A stretch of 64,000 nt of DNA from the human T2T-CHM13v2.0 reference genome, Homo sapiens: assembly GCF_009914755.1 (NCBI RefSeq), contig NC_060929.1. One strand, written 5' to 3'. The notes below the pieces were generated by a model, which saw nothing but the letters and a program-made list of their open reading frames with translations, was not told the DNA's origin and searched no databases. Below are positions 12,363 to 32,910 of the stretch, one piece after another (position 1 is the first letter of the stretch; the number at the start of each line of letters is the position of its first letter). Made by a program: the position numbers and the translations under genes.

Positions 12363-12957
12363 TAATTCCACAAACTCCAAGTCTTGAGTACGGTGATGTC
12401 GCTTCTGACTTGTGGTTGTAGCATCTATAAGGGCACCACCGTTTAACCAGTTACACCATCCAGGAACACAAGGGCCATCTCTGACACCTTCCACTCCTCA
12501 CCCTTTATATGCAATTTGTCATAAAGTATTCAATAAATGGTAGCTATTAATATTACCTCCACAATACAGATGAGTACACTGAGACTGAAGATTATTAAAT
12601 AATTGGTCCATAAAAATCCTGGTAGGGAAGACATAATAATATTGTATGAAATGTAACTGAAGCTGGAGGATCAGGGAAAGCTTCCCTGATTTTCCACTGA
12701 GACGGGAAGGATGAATGGGTATCAACCATTTAATGGTGATGTGGGAAATGTGGTCCCAGAAGATGGAAGCACATCTTGAAAGGCATGATTCAAGACAGAA
12801 TGCTTGGTATGTCTACAGACTTGACCTTTAATGAGCCTTTCTATGTGCCAACTACTAAACTAGTTGCTTTACCTGTATAATATTACTCAATCCTCAGAAA
12901 AATAATGGGTGCTATTACTTGCTAATTTTTTATATTAGAAAATTAACGTTTGGAGAG

Positions 12958-13353
12958 TGCTATATTTTGAATGTTTTTGTCCCCTCCAAAATTCATGCTG
13001 AAAGTTAATCCCCAGTGCAAGAGTATTAACAGGTGAGGCTTTTAGGAGGTTATTAGGCCATGAGTGCAGAATGGATGAGGGATTAGTGCCTTATGAAAGA
13101 GCTGGAGAGAACTAACTTAGGCTCTTTTGCCCCTCTGTTCCTTCTGTCCTGTGACACAGCTTTGCCCCCTCCAGGGGATGCAACAACAAGGCGCCATCTT
13201 GGAAGTAGACACCAGGCCCTCACCAGACACCAAACCTGCTGGTGCCTCGATCTTCAATTTCCAGCCTCCAGAGTGGTGAGCAATACATTACTATTACTCA
13301 TAAATTACCTAGTCTCAGGTATTTTGTTATAATAGCACAAATGGACTAAGACA
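12958..13353 (+). mobile_element. MaLR solo LTR (MST/MLT1A-like)
   Basis: TG...CA ends, gtcccctccaaaattcatg start, gttataatagcacaaatggactaagaca end, 5-bp TSD GAGAG. Confidence 0.9.
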
Positions 13354-13489
13354 GAGAGTTATAATGGTCTCCATTATGCAGAATTGTTGTAAGTATTACA
13401 TAAAATAATAAATATAAATGTACCTTTTGAACTGTAAAGCAAGTTGTACTCTCCTTCCTTATTGAAATATCATTAATATTATTTTAAAA

Positions 13490-14130
13490 GTATTTATTGA
13501 TTGTTGACTATGTGCTAGACACTGTTGGTTATGTGCTAGGTATTTGGTATACAAGGTTGAACAAAATTATATGGTCATTATCTGCATCAAGCTTATTTAC
13601 AATGAGAAAGAGTGACATTAATTAAAAAAATGTGTATTTATATATATATTTCCCCAATGTATGTAAAATTTGTTCAGAAAGGAAGTCGAGAAAGATGTCC
13701 TTGTGGGAATCACAACTGAATTGAGATCCGAAGGATAGGTGAGTAGTAGGTGTTTACTAGTTAAAGCAGAAGGGAAGCATTCTGTGCACCAAGTCAGCTT
13801 GGGCAAACCCTGTGGAAGGCAGGAAGGCACATGGTTCATTAAGGGAAACTGGAGCAACAGGAAGCCTGAGAGATTGCCCGTGTGGTTAGACCATGCAGGG
13901 CTTTGTTGGCCAAGTTAAAAAATTCAAATTTGATCTTTTTTTTTTTTTAACTTGTTATCAATAGATTGGTTGAAGGAACTTGATCCTAACACAGTGATAT
14001 TTTCCTAGGATGGGGGTCAAGGTAAGGTTTGCCTTTCTAAAACTCACTCTAACTGCTGTGTGGAGAATGAGTTATAAGAATGTCTATAGTGGAAGCACTG
14101 AGCCCAGTTAGTGGGCTACTTCAGCTGTGG
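13490..14130. mobile_element. L2 fragments
   Basis: tatttattga...tatgtgctagacactg, cagggctttgttggcc and actctaactgctgtgtggagaatg motifs. Confidence 0.65.
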
Positions 14131-14607
14131 AGGAGGGGATAATATATTTGTTTATGTCCTCTTTCCTTTGTCAATGCATTCTTTAAGGTAGTCTTCAAAT
14201 GGTATATAAAAAAACAAATTGAATATGAGTTATCTTTGAAAGATACGACAACTCTATTCATGGTTCTGATCTAACATATCCCAAATCTGCTTTCATATTC
14301 ATTTTCCCAGCTATTCATTCATCCATCTGCCTCTCAGTTCATCTGTCAATCTGAAATTTATTCTGCACCTAGGATAGATAAGGCACTGTTATAGACACTA
14401 AAGATACAAAGATGAATAAAACATAACTCCTACCCTATGCTTTATTAGTACAATTTGTGAGACAAATAGGGAAACAATTTATATATGACTGGATAAAGCT
14501 AATGGATATATTTACACAAAAAGGAATTACTAACTGGCATAAACTGATTCATCTTAGACTTTCCTTATCCATGTAAAAACTAAGGAGTAAAATTTTCCTA
14601 CTAATAC

Positions 14608-14931
<324 letters not shown>

Positions 14932-15602
14932 TAAATGACGAATATAATAGAGACTGGTCATGTGGCCATTTGTTTTCCCCAGGCTACCTGAGTAAATATT
15001 TGCACGTTTTAACAAATAATACAGTACTTAATTTTTCTTAAGTTTTTTTCCATTAGAACAATAACATAGTATTATGTGCCTTTTAAAATTTTTCATGTTA
15101 TTAGACAGGAAGTAAAAATATTGGGCTGTCAAGTTCAAAAATTTATGGTTAACACTGGAGAAATATCATTAAAATTTATATACATATATCTCCAAATGCA
15201 TGTAAAATTTGTCCAGTGGGGGACAGTAAAAATGAGCTAGGCCAGTGTATGTGGATAAATAATCATGATCACCTGTTCTGTGGTCCTCCCAACTTCATAA
15301 TGAGCAAAACTGGTGCTGTCATGTTCTTCATTAATTCATCCTTGCTCAGAAAAGGAGGATTTTCAATGGGTCATTGCAACCTGGGTATAGCAGCTAATCT
15401 GGTGATAGCTATTTTTGTATTCCTCTAATTTTTTTCTTTCCTTTGTCTCCCTGTGTAACCATGTAATGTGACACAATGAGTCGTTGCTATGGCTTAAATG
15501 TGTCTCCCACAAAGCGTGTGTTAGAAACTTAATCCCTAGTGCAACAGTGTTGGGAGTTGGAACCTGATGAGAGGCCATGAAGGTGGAGTGAATGCCTAGT
15601 AA

Positions 15603-16023
<421 letters not shown>

Positions 16024-16157
16024 GGTTCTTGGGTTTCTGATTTGAACAGAGCCATGTTGCTTCTCTGGTTCTCCAGCGTGCAGATGGCTTACCATGGGAC
16101 TTCTCCACCCCCATAACCAGGTGAGCGAATTCTCTTAATAAAGCCGCTCTCATTTTC

Positions 16158-16158
<1 letters not shown>

Positions 16159-16196
<38 letters not shown>

Positions 16197-16229
16197 ACCT
16201 ATCTATGTATCATCTATCTATCTATCTAT
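16159..16229. repeat. (TCTA)n tetranucleotide STR
   Basis: About 9 perfect units plus a degenerate tail, inside the MLT2 LTR. Confidence 0.95.
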
Positions 16230-16917
16230 GCTATTGGTTACCTCTCTGGAGAACCTGACTAATACATTGATATGCCATTCGTTTGGAAAACCAGAATGCA
16301 TAGCCAGATAATATCTTCTGGAACTACTTGGAGTCCCCTTGTTTAAAGTAAAAGTCCTGATATAATCCATGCAGTTATTTAGTCAATGCCAGCACTGAGT
16401 CCAGTAAGGGTGCCTTCTAGGGAGCGTTCGATGGCTTCTATATCATTACTGACAATAATGACTTAGGCAATTACTAAAAGAAAAAAAGTAGGAGTCTCTC
16501 CATTTTAAGGAGGACTTTGTCATTTAAGCTAGTCTTGGGTTTATGAACACAATACAAATCATTAATTTAGTATGGAAAAAAATTTATCGTAATTTGCAGT
16601 AAGCTTTCACTACCTACCAATAAAGAAGCACTTTTTCCCTTACTTCTTCCTATTTCTATCTTGCCAACTTTGGAGACATAAGTAGCATTGATCAGTTTTC
16701 AGTGATGTTTTATTCCCTAATATTATTTAAAGCCAGATTATTCCCTGAGAAGAGGAGATGAAAAAGCAACTATTTGTTTGGGTTTAGGCTGAAAACTACT
16801 TGGCAGTACTAGAGGTTACAATTTTGAATTTAGTATAATTTTGTATACTAGAATACTAGTATAATTTAGTGTAATTTTGAATTCAGTAAATGTGGTAGCT
16901 AATTTTTAAATCTAATA

Positions 16918-17165
16918 ATAGCTAAGAGTTACTGATTAATGATTTTCCAGGCACTGTTATGCCTTTGACATGCATAACCTCGTCTCATTCTCTCAACACA
17001 ACACCCTGCTGTAGGTAACATGATTATAACCATTTTGTGGAATAGGAAACCTAATCTTGGGTGGATTAAATAAACTGCCTATCATCACACAACTAGTAAA
17101 TGGCAGGACTCAAGCTTTAAATTATATCTGACTTGTAAGCTATGCACTCTAACCTCTCAGCCATT
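16918..17165. mobile_element. MIR
   Basis: taataatagcta...ccaggcactgtt...ccattttgtggaataggaaacc. Confidence 0.7.
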
Positions 17166-18379
17166 TTACTGCATATGCAATATATTTATTGCCCAGATTC
17201 ACTGTCACATTCATCGGCTATATTATTAATTATCATTATAGTCATTCACTTAACAGACAATTACTAAGTGTCATTTATGTGCTACTTTGGAGGAAAAACA
17301 TCAAATCTTGTACATCCCTCAAGGAGTTACACAAAATGGGAAAAGGTACAGAGACGAGCACACTGTAATTTCAAAAGCCAGTAGCTAAGTAGTACTATAC
17401 AAATAGATGACGCTTCTGATGAGGATACATATGAACGCCAATGTTGCTTGAAACATGGGAGAAAGGCCCTTTTTTACTTGTGAGGCAGTTTGGTGGTTAG
17501 AAGTGGATTCTGGGCTGAGGCTGCCTGGGTACAAATTGGTAGCTGGATGGTCTTGGGAAAGTCACATGCTGTAGTTTCTCCAACTACAAATTAGGGATAA
17601 AAGCAATACCTATCCCACAGGGGATTTCATGAGGATTAAATGTATCTATTACTTAGAACAGCTCCCAGGACATAATCAGCTTTGGCCAGCATTGATGTTA
17701 ATGCTGAAGCCTATCCATTTTCTACCTAGTACTTACAAGGTTTGATATTTCTTCTGTAAACCACCATGTATTACTTGTCTCTTACTGAAATTTATTTTCC
17801 CTACTTTTAAAATTTATTTACTGTTTTTTTTTTTTTTTTTTTTTGGTGGGGGGCGGCTGTTTGTTTCCTGATACTCTGGTCATTTTGATCCTTTACTAGT
17901 GAATCTCCCTCCACTTCAATTTGGATATTCCCATTCAATTTAAGAGACTTAGTCCTCTTCTTTCCATCCTACAAGGCTGTCATCTTTCTTGACAGACAAA
18001 GGATAGTGGTCAATCTGAAAAGAAAATATTTTGGAAGAAAGAATATAGCCAGAGAGTGAGTTATGAGTTCATATATTTTCTGAGCATATCTACTTAACTC
18101 TTTGCTTGTATCAGGTTATTCTAAAGCACTTTTACTTGTCTTTTCCATATCCAGGTAACAGATCTCATACCTATGGAGGGAGAAAGTGCCTCTCTTCTGT
18201 TTTCCAACTTGCTGTAGAAAATGTTAAATCACCTGACGTCCAGGAAAGATCTCAGGCTAATATAATTTAATAGGATAATCAGAGTTGACATGAACCATGA
18301 TAAATGGATTTAGAATAGCCGCTGGCCCTTCTTCTTTTTGAACAGTGGTATTGAGATTTGTGGTTTCCCTATTTGGCCG

Positions 18380-18525
18380 GCCATCAGAATCACATAGCGT
18401 GCTTGTTAAATACAGACCAGTCCTTGCTCTCATCTCTCCCACCCTCTCTCTATCTCCCTCTATCTCCAGTGATCTGACTCAGCAAGTCTGAGGTGGGGCT
18501 TAAAAATCTATATTTTTAAGCACTG
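18380..18525. mobile_element. MER5-like hAT DNA transposon relic
   Basis: catcagaatcac...gcttgttaaatacaga...tctgactcagcaagtctgaggtggggc. Confidence 0.7.
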
Positions 18526-19055
18526 GGAATCACTAAGATTATTTATGCATGTATTCATGAGACATGGACTTAATAATAGTAATTATAAGACTCTCCTTTT
18601 TGTTTTCTATATTGACATTGAAAAGTAACTTATTTGAAAACAAGATCCACTTAGCCTGCTTTCTTGAGTTTTAATGAACTCCCTAGTCTCTACTGGGGAA
18701 AAGGGGTGAAAAAAACAGCAGTCATTACTAGCTTGTTAGATTAGCAGAATCAGAATTTTCAAGCTGAACGCAACACTAAAGATAACGTCATTATTTATTC
18801 ACTTTGCAGATACAGATGCAACTTTCTGCATAATGGGAGACTATGATGAGAATGCTAACAACCACAGACATTGTGACTTCCCAAAGTAATACAGTTAACT
18901 GGAACAGATTCTTGATTCCCAGAATATTTGGTTTCTTCACTTTTCTAATAATCACCCAAATAGACTGGATCTGTTTCTCAATTTATGGCATTTATGCTAA
19001 CCAAAGCAAGTGTGTTTGTATTTTAAAAATATAGCATAGTTAAAATATATAGACC

Positions 19056-19372
19056 AGGCCTGATGGCTTGGTCAACACTTTGGGAGGCTAAGGCAGGAGG
19101 ATTGCTTGAGCTCTGAAGTTCAAGACTACCCTGGGCAACAAAGTGAGACCTTGTCTCTACTAAAAATAATAATAAAAAAAAATTAGCTGAGCATGGTGAC
19201 ACATGCCTGTAGTCCCAGCTACTCAGGAGGCTGAGGTTGGAGGATCGCTTTGAGCCTGGGAGATTGAGGCTGCCAGTGAATGATCTGATTGTGCCACTGT
19301 ATTCCAGCCTGGGTGACAGAACAAGACTCTGTCTCAAAACAAAACAAAACAAAACAAAACAAAACAAAAAAC
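19056..19372 (+). mobile_element. AluJ with (AAAAC)n tail, ~90 nt downstream of the TM-exon donor
   Basis: Dimeric Alu with J-type motifs. Confidence 0.92.
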
Positions 19373-19478
19373 TAAAGAAAGGCATAGTAACTATAGGTAA
19401 CATCCTTTTTATCAAATACCTCTTAGAACCACATTTTGAGAATTAAATGGAATCTTACCTTTAAGAGGCACCTTGACA

Positions 19479-19529
19479 TCAAGGCCATAGAATAAAGGCA
19501 AGAGAGAAGAACAAGAATAGAAACAGAAA
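19479..19529 (-). CDS. JAKMIP2: JAKMIP2 cassette exon (~21, whole exon 19459-19529): hydrophobic C-terminal anchor FLFLFLFFSLAFILWP-stop
   Basis: ttcttctgcag|TTT acceptor; TGA at 19479-19481; 20 nt of UTR then AAG|gtaaga donor; matches recalled JAKMIP-family TM tail. Confidence 0.95.
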   Translation of the reverse strand, partial: FLFLFLFFSLAFILWP

Positions 19530-20859
19530 CTGCAGAAGAAAAAGAAGAAGATTATGTAAATCTGAATTTCTGTAGTGCCATTCAGGTAGTACAAAACCTC
19601 AGCTTTTCCATATTGCTCAAGTCTAATCACTTCACACATGAACATCAAGCACCTTTTTGTTTAAAAAAATCCACACCTTTTATGTAGCTACTGACAGAGT
19701 ATCAGTGTTCAACTAACATTGATTCATACATTTTAGAATCATGAGGTGGTCTTACAAACAATTGGTCTAAGCTCCTAATTTTACAGATAAGAAAAATAAG
19801 CACAGAGCAGTAAATCAATAGTTTAATTTCATACAATTTTATGGCACAGTGAGGGCTAAAGCTTAGCTAGCCTGAATCCTACTTTATTATATATCACTGT
19901 CTCTTTCATGCACAAGAGGGTATTTCAAAAACACAAAATATGATCAGAACATACACTTAATCATGCAGTACTATCTTTTTTGGTTACTATGATAGGTTTT
20001 AGGATTAAGGCACAGCTGGGAGAATATTAATCTGTAGGCTAAATATATACTTAATTACTCACAGTGGAACATTTCAGAGAGAGAAATGGACACTGTTAAT
20101 AATTACATTGGGTTGATGGGTAAAAACTGGGTCTGTCCTAGGCAAGTGGGGACATCTGGTCATGCTATTGGTATAAAACCTGCTTCTGCATCAATGGGCA
20201 TTTCACATAATAAATGCGTGATGTTGTTCCACCTCCAAGATAGACTTCTTCTTATTTGAGTCATGGAAGTTAAATGGAGTCTGATTTGTTTCTCTTCACC
20301 AAATTTTTCACTTGAGAAACAGATAATTGGATGGACAAACAGTGCTTGAGTAGCACAGGTATATAACTAACCGTATACTAACTATAAAAAGTCATGGGTC
20401 AGGTCAGTTTTAAAAAAAATTATTGATTTCCTTGGTGGTTTTATTTTACAGAGTAAGTCTTCTACTTGATTATCACACTCCAGGAACATACCGTTGGACA
20501 CATCTGTGAATAAGGGTTATGTCTGGCATTCTCATATTGTGAATGTTATTAGCATATTTCCTTTAATGCTACTGCTTATAAGGTTCTTGCTTCACTATGG
20601 CTAAATTCTATAAACAAGTTATGAGTATGGCTCTAAGAGGCATGTATTGGTGGCTAGTCTATTATTCTGAAAAGCAAAAACTGTTGCTTTTCTTCATTCC
20701 TTGAAGGTAGACTTATAGCAGGAGAAGTTCGAGAATGAGAGTAATGGACGAATTCCCATTCCTGCTATTTCTATGAGAAGATCAGATATCAGAGCTACCT
20801 CTTTGGGCATGAGGAGATGCCCATCACTTAATCTGTAATGAGAGTCTTAATCCCTGCCG

Positions 20860-21110
20860 TGTGGTGGGCAGATCATGCCATTTGGAGTCAGACACCCTGA
20901 CCTCTGGTTTTGACTTGCCATAAATTGGTTATATAATTTTGGGCAAGTTGTTTAATTTCTTTGAGCCATTGTTTTATTATTTGTATAAAAGGGGATCATA
21001 ACATCTGTAGTGTCTGTCTCATAGAGTAATTATGAGAATCAGATGAAATGATGGCAGTGGAAGTGCTCTAGATATGGTGCATACAGATATTATGCTCTTG
21101 ATAAGTGCTG
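20860..21110. mobile_element. MIR
   Basis: tttggagtcagac...gggcaagttgtttaatttctttgagcc. Confidence 0.7.
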
Positions 21111-22516
21111 CACACAGCTGAAGCAATTTTGCTAGGTTTGTTGTTACCAACTGATTCACTGAAATAAACAATAAAGAGGGGATATTACATGTACCCTGAG
21201 TGGGTGTTCACGTACCACAAGGGAAGAATGAAGAGTATCTCTGGCATACAGGATCTTTAGCCTTTTTACTAGACTTAAGGGTGAGGAGAACTGAAGTCCA
21301 ATGAGTAGAAGGTGAATCATAAACCTCATCTCTAGTCAAATATCTAATCAGAAGTCAACTGGATTGTTTTTGAAGTGGTTGAATTTGCTACCATATGTGA
21401 AATATGCAATGTTGATAATTAGATCCTTATTTTCTTTGAAGTAAGATTATTACCCCATTATCATAAAAGTTTAGGAAGTTCAGACCCGTAAAGTGTACTG
21501 AGCAAAAGAATTGTGAAAAAGTTTACATTGAATTCCAACAATGAACATGATCTTAATCTCCCTTCTTCCAAAATTTTTGAGGGTTTTATTTAGAGAATGG
21601 CTAGGGTGATGACGTTGATAGATTTTGTTTTCTCCCCTTTTTGTTTTTTTTAAACCTCAGCTGGATGGGGACTGAATGGGTATCATCGAGTTTTGGGGGA
21701 AGAATAGCCTTAACTTTGACTTCTTCCTTGAGCCAGCCCTAGGGTAGCTTATGAATTAGCAGAGAGAGAGAGCTAAGAGCTGGCCATTCACAAGTGTGGA
21801 AAATGGAAGATATTAAGTGTGGTCTTTGACAAACAGGGAAGCTGAAAGCAATCCCTGCCTTCTGTGGGGCTTCCTGCCAATCACTGGGAAATTTATTGTA
21901 TGTTATTGTTGCCTCACTCAATCCTGCAAAACTAAATAGCCCCTTCTGAAATGTGAGAAATTCAAATTTAAAATTTTGCAGAGAATGTATACTTTGGGTC
22001 AGAAATTTTAAAAATTACACTTTTAGAATTTGACTTACACATTTTTAGTGTTTCCTTTTTCACATAAGTGACCTCATTTGTTCCTCATGGAACCCATGGG
22101 AAGAAGAAGGGACAAGTGTTATCATCCCTGTTTTAGAGATATGGCTTAGACAGAGGAGGTGAAGTTATTTACTTAAGGTCAAATGAGTACCTGAAGACCC
22201 ACCCTATATAAAAATCTGGATGCCTGGTGGTCTAGCTACTTGAGCCCACCAACTCCCTTTAACCTCACATATATGGATAATTATAGAAGCAATCTGGGAT
22301 TAACCAAATTTTAACCATTATTGCAGGAAGGGCAGATAGTTTGCTACTTTCTTCTTGTGTGCCTATGGAAGCTATTATAAAACAGCCATAACATTTTACC
22401 ATACAGGGATTCAGGTAGCTACTTTCAGTCAATCTGATTGGAATTCCAGAGAAAAACCTCTTTGGCATCCTTGCTATTTCCCTCAGCAGAATATTCCTGG
22501 TGTCTTGGGCCAGACA

Positions 22517-29352
<6,836 letters not shown>

Positions 29353-30011
29353 ATTCCAGGCTTTGGCTTTTTTTGTTGTGCAAGCCTGTGTAGCTCGCTG
29401 CTGCTTGTTCAGCATCCCAGCCTGAGCTCTGTCTGTTCTCCCACCCCACACGCATTTCCAAGTGCCCTCTGTAAGAGCCATGTTGTTATATCCCTCAAAA
29501 ACACTGGCTGACTTGGAAGAAGCAGCCACTCTTTGAGATCACTGGGGAAGTGACAGGACAACATGATTATCATATATCAACCCAAGTTTCTGAACTTACT
29601 GTTAAGGTGAAACTGCAGCACAAGGATGAAAGGTCTTTTTATGAATGATAATGGGAAAGGTAAAACAAAGGTGCTAAAAGATTTTTTTAAAAAAAGAGCA
29701 AAGTAGGGTAACAAAACTTGAAGAAACTTTTGGAAAGGAAATGAAGATAAGGAAGGGGAAACTAAGGAAAGAAAACACAGAAAAAATAGGAAAGCAACAC
29801 AAAAGACAAATATGTGAAGGCTGGGTTACTGATGGCAGACGCTTTGCTGGCATTCTGTTTGACTGAAGGTGAAAGCTAGGTTTACTGTAACTATACCTGC
29901 CTCTGCAAGACACACAATAACTGAGAAGCCAGGAAGAAAATACAGTGAGCAAAATCAATATTGCTTTCTGATTAAACAAATAATAAGATAGTTATTGAAT
30001 TTGACACCTAC

Positions 30012-30077
30012 CTTTTCTTCTAAGTCTTTTATTTGTCTTTTCTGGATGTCTGTTTTATCTTCTAAGTCACGAATTCT
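30012..30077 (-). CDS. JAKMIP2: JAKMIP2 coding exon (~20), RIRDLEDKTDIQKRQIKDLEEK
   Basis: long pyrimidine tract + cttcag|AGA acceptor, AAG|gtaggt donor, 66 nt. Confidence 0.96.
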
Positions 30078-31139
30078 CTGAAGAAAGAAAAGAAAAGAAA
30101 GAAAGCATCAGTAGGTGGTAAGTTGTGCGGAAAAATAATTTACCAAATGAAAACACGAAACTTCCTATACAAACCTGAATATTTGTACAAGCAGCTGGAA
30201 ACATCGCATGTATGTTTTCCCCACCCAAAAACATGTTGCATGTTTCAGAAATTATCTATGTTTGTGGTAGAAAATCATTGCTACTGATTAACTTTTCAAA
30301 AAATATTTGCCACCTTTTCTACTGAGCCTATCCCTGTAGACCCCTTCCTAGTGAGGTGTAGATTCCACACCACTGACATTGAGTTTGGCAAAGAGACTTG
30401 TTTTGGCCTGTGGAATGCAAGTTGGAATAAGATTTGGGAATATCAAATCCTTGTAGAGGGTGTAGTATATCTCAGAAGTAGACAGCAAGAAACAAGCTTT
30501 GTTATGAACCATTTGGATTGAGATTTTGATTGTTTGTTACCACATTAAAGATGGTTGAGGCTGACTCATATAGATGTAAACAATCCAATTGTTCTTTCTT
30601 AACCTTTTTATCTTAACCCCATTTCAACCCTGTTTCAGGATAGAATTTTCTCACAAAATAGAATTGGTAAATTCACAAAACAAAGTAGAGATTACACATC
30701 AACAAACATTCCCAGGAGGGAACTGGTAAATTAGGAAAACACCAGAATATAACAAACATAACACAAGTAATCCTAAAGATGAAAAGTTCCAAGACTGTCT
30801 TTGAACTTACCTCTCAATTATGTAACAAAATTCCACTAATTTAAACACCGAATATTTGAAATCAACATTACATAACAACTATTTACAAGTAAAATAAAGT
30901 CTTCACATTTATATCTGGCAATCTGAAGGTTTTTTTGTGTTCATGTACATGGTTATATAATGCAGGCTTCTTATTTAATACCTCTGTAGGGAATAATTAG
31001 AAAATAGAGAAATGGAGTCTATGGAGAAAACACTAGAAGCCAAATGGGATGATAATATAGAAAGAGAGGTTTTTATAATGCAATGGTAGGAGAAAAAAAG
31101 GGAAGCTAGAACAAGGGGTACTTGAACTTGGAAAGCATA

Positions 31140-31492
31140 TCTCCTTCTCTTTAAAAGAGTAGATCTCAACTGTTTGTCTCTCCCTGCCCCAGCCAGGGAC
31201 ATTTGGCAGTTCTGCACATTTTTTTAAGGTTAGTTAATATGTTTATTTATTTTAAGTTGTGTAATTCAGTGGTTTTAGTATATTCATAAAGTTGTGCAAC
31301 CATCACCACTATCTAAATGTCTTGACATTTTTGTACTGTCACAACTGGGAGTATGTGCATCTAGCATCTACTGAGTAGAAGCCAGGAATGCTACTAAACA
31401 TTCGATAAGGCACAGAACAGCCACCCCTCCCCCTAAAAAAGAATAAAGAATTATCTGCTTCAAAATTTCAGTAGTGCTGAAATTGAGAAACT
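31140..31492. mobile_element. MER20-like relic interrupted by a short L1M fragment (~31220-31315)
   Basis: gggacatttggcag...ctagcatctactgagtagaagccaggaatgctactaaacat...gtgctgaaattgagaaac. Confidence 0.75.
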
Positions 31493-32199
31493 CTTCTTTA
31501 AAGTAAGGGGGCTAAGGTTTGTGCAACAAGAGATGGTGTGTTTTGGTCAGAGTGAGACCATAAAGGTTAACCTTCAAATTATACCATAATGAATGCCGGA
31601 GAAAGGGATGGAACTGGAATGTTGATGGTGTGTTTATACGTGTATGATTTGTGTGCTGGTGTATATTTCCATAGTGCTGTCAGTGCTCCATAGCTACACA
31701 GTAAAAGAATAAATTTGCTAGATATTTCCACCTTGAGTGTTCACGTAATTCCTTGGCATGTCTGCTGGATATGGAGGCAAGTACTATATGGACAAAATCA
31801 TGAATATGTAAAATTACTGCAGTATCCATTCAGCCATCACATCTATGCTTGTTGGGCACCTCCTTACATGCTCATGACTCTGCTGAATGTAATGGACAAT
31901 ACAGATAAGGCACCAGTTAGTTCCCAGTTTCAAAGAACTATCAGATCCAGATGGAATAGCAAAACTAAATAGAAAAGGTAAACAATGGAAAAAGACTGAA
32001 TAACTTTGTCACCCATCTCCAATTCCTAGTGCAGTGTTAAGCATGGAGAAGGTGTCCACACATATTTTTTTGTCAAATAAATGTGTTATGCTACATCATA
32101 TGACGTATACTTGATTTCTTTTTGCTTCCCATCCCTTTGCCATCCACCCAACAGAAAACCTTGCTGGATCTAAAACATTCCTTTTCTACCTACTTCTTT

Positions 32200-32910
32200 T
32201 TATCTCTACTGATACCAAGTTCACCAAGTCATTGTCTTCCCTTGTCAGGGCTGGTGTGGCAGCTTCTACCTGCTCTTCCTGCCTTTTATTTTGACCATCT
32301 TACTCCATCAATAGCAGCCATTGTGAACTCTCAGAATGTAAAAATGATCTCCATGGTCCCCTGAGTTTAAGCGGGTGGGTAAGAAAAGAAGGAAGAGTTA
32401 GTTGAGTTGTACTCAGAATAAAACTCAAACTCCTGCAAAGCCCTGTGTGATGTGGCCCTTTCTTAGCTCTGCAACGTCTCCTCCTATCAACCTCACTCTG
32501 GCTCTGCGTGCTCCTGACATTCTAGCCTTTGCTCTGTTCCTTGACTATTCCAAACTTATTCCCATGATAGGGACTTAGCCCTTGCTGTCCCTGTCTTCTG
32601 GGACACTTGGCCAAGATCTTTGTGTGGCTCATTTCTTGGATCGTAGGTATCTTCAGAGAGGCCTCCTCTGACCAGCCAACCTAAAGTGGCCAATCCTACT
32701 CCCAAACTCACATACACATTGTATACGTTTCTGCATAGCACTTATTGCCACTCTCAGAAATTGCCTCAGTCATTGTTCATTTGTTCTGTGGCTCTGCCCC
32801 TGTCCCTCTGTGAGATAGATGAGAGTAGTGATCTGTATGTCTTTGCTTACCATTATACTCCCAGCACCTGGTACACAGCAGGCCCTCAATAAATGGTTGT
32901 GAATGAGTGC
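32200..32910. mobile_element. L2 3' region
   Basis: cagaataaaactcaaactcct...cttcagagaggcctc...cccagcacctggtacacagcaggccctcaataaatggttgtgaatga. Confidence 0.8.

Noticed and set aside
30805-30840. Perfect donor GAG|GTAAGT upstream of exon 30077
   Set aside because: The nearest AG gives a 25-nt frameshifting unit with no pyrimidine tract
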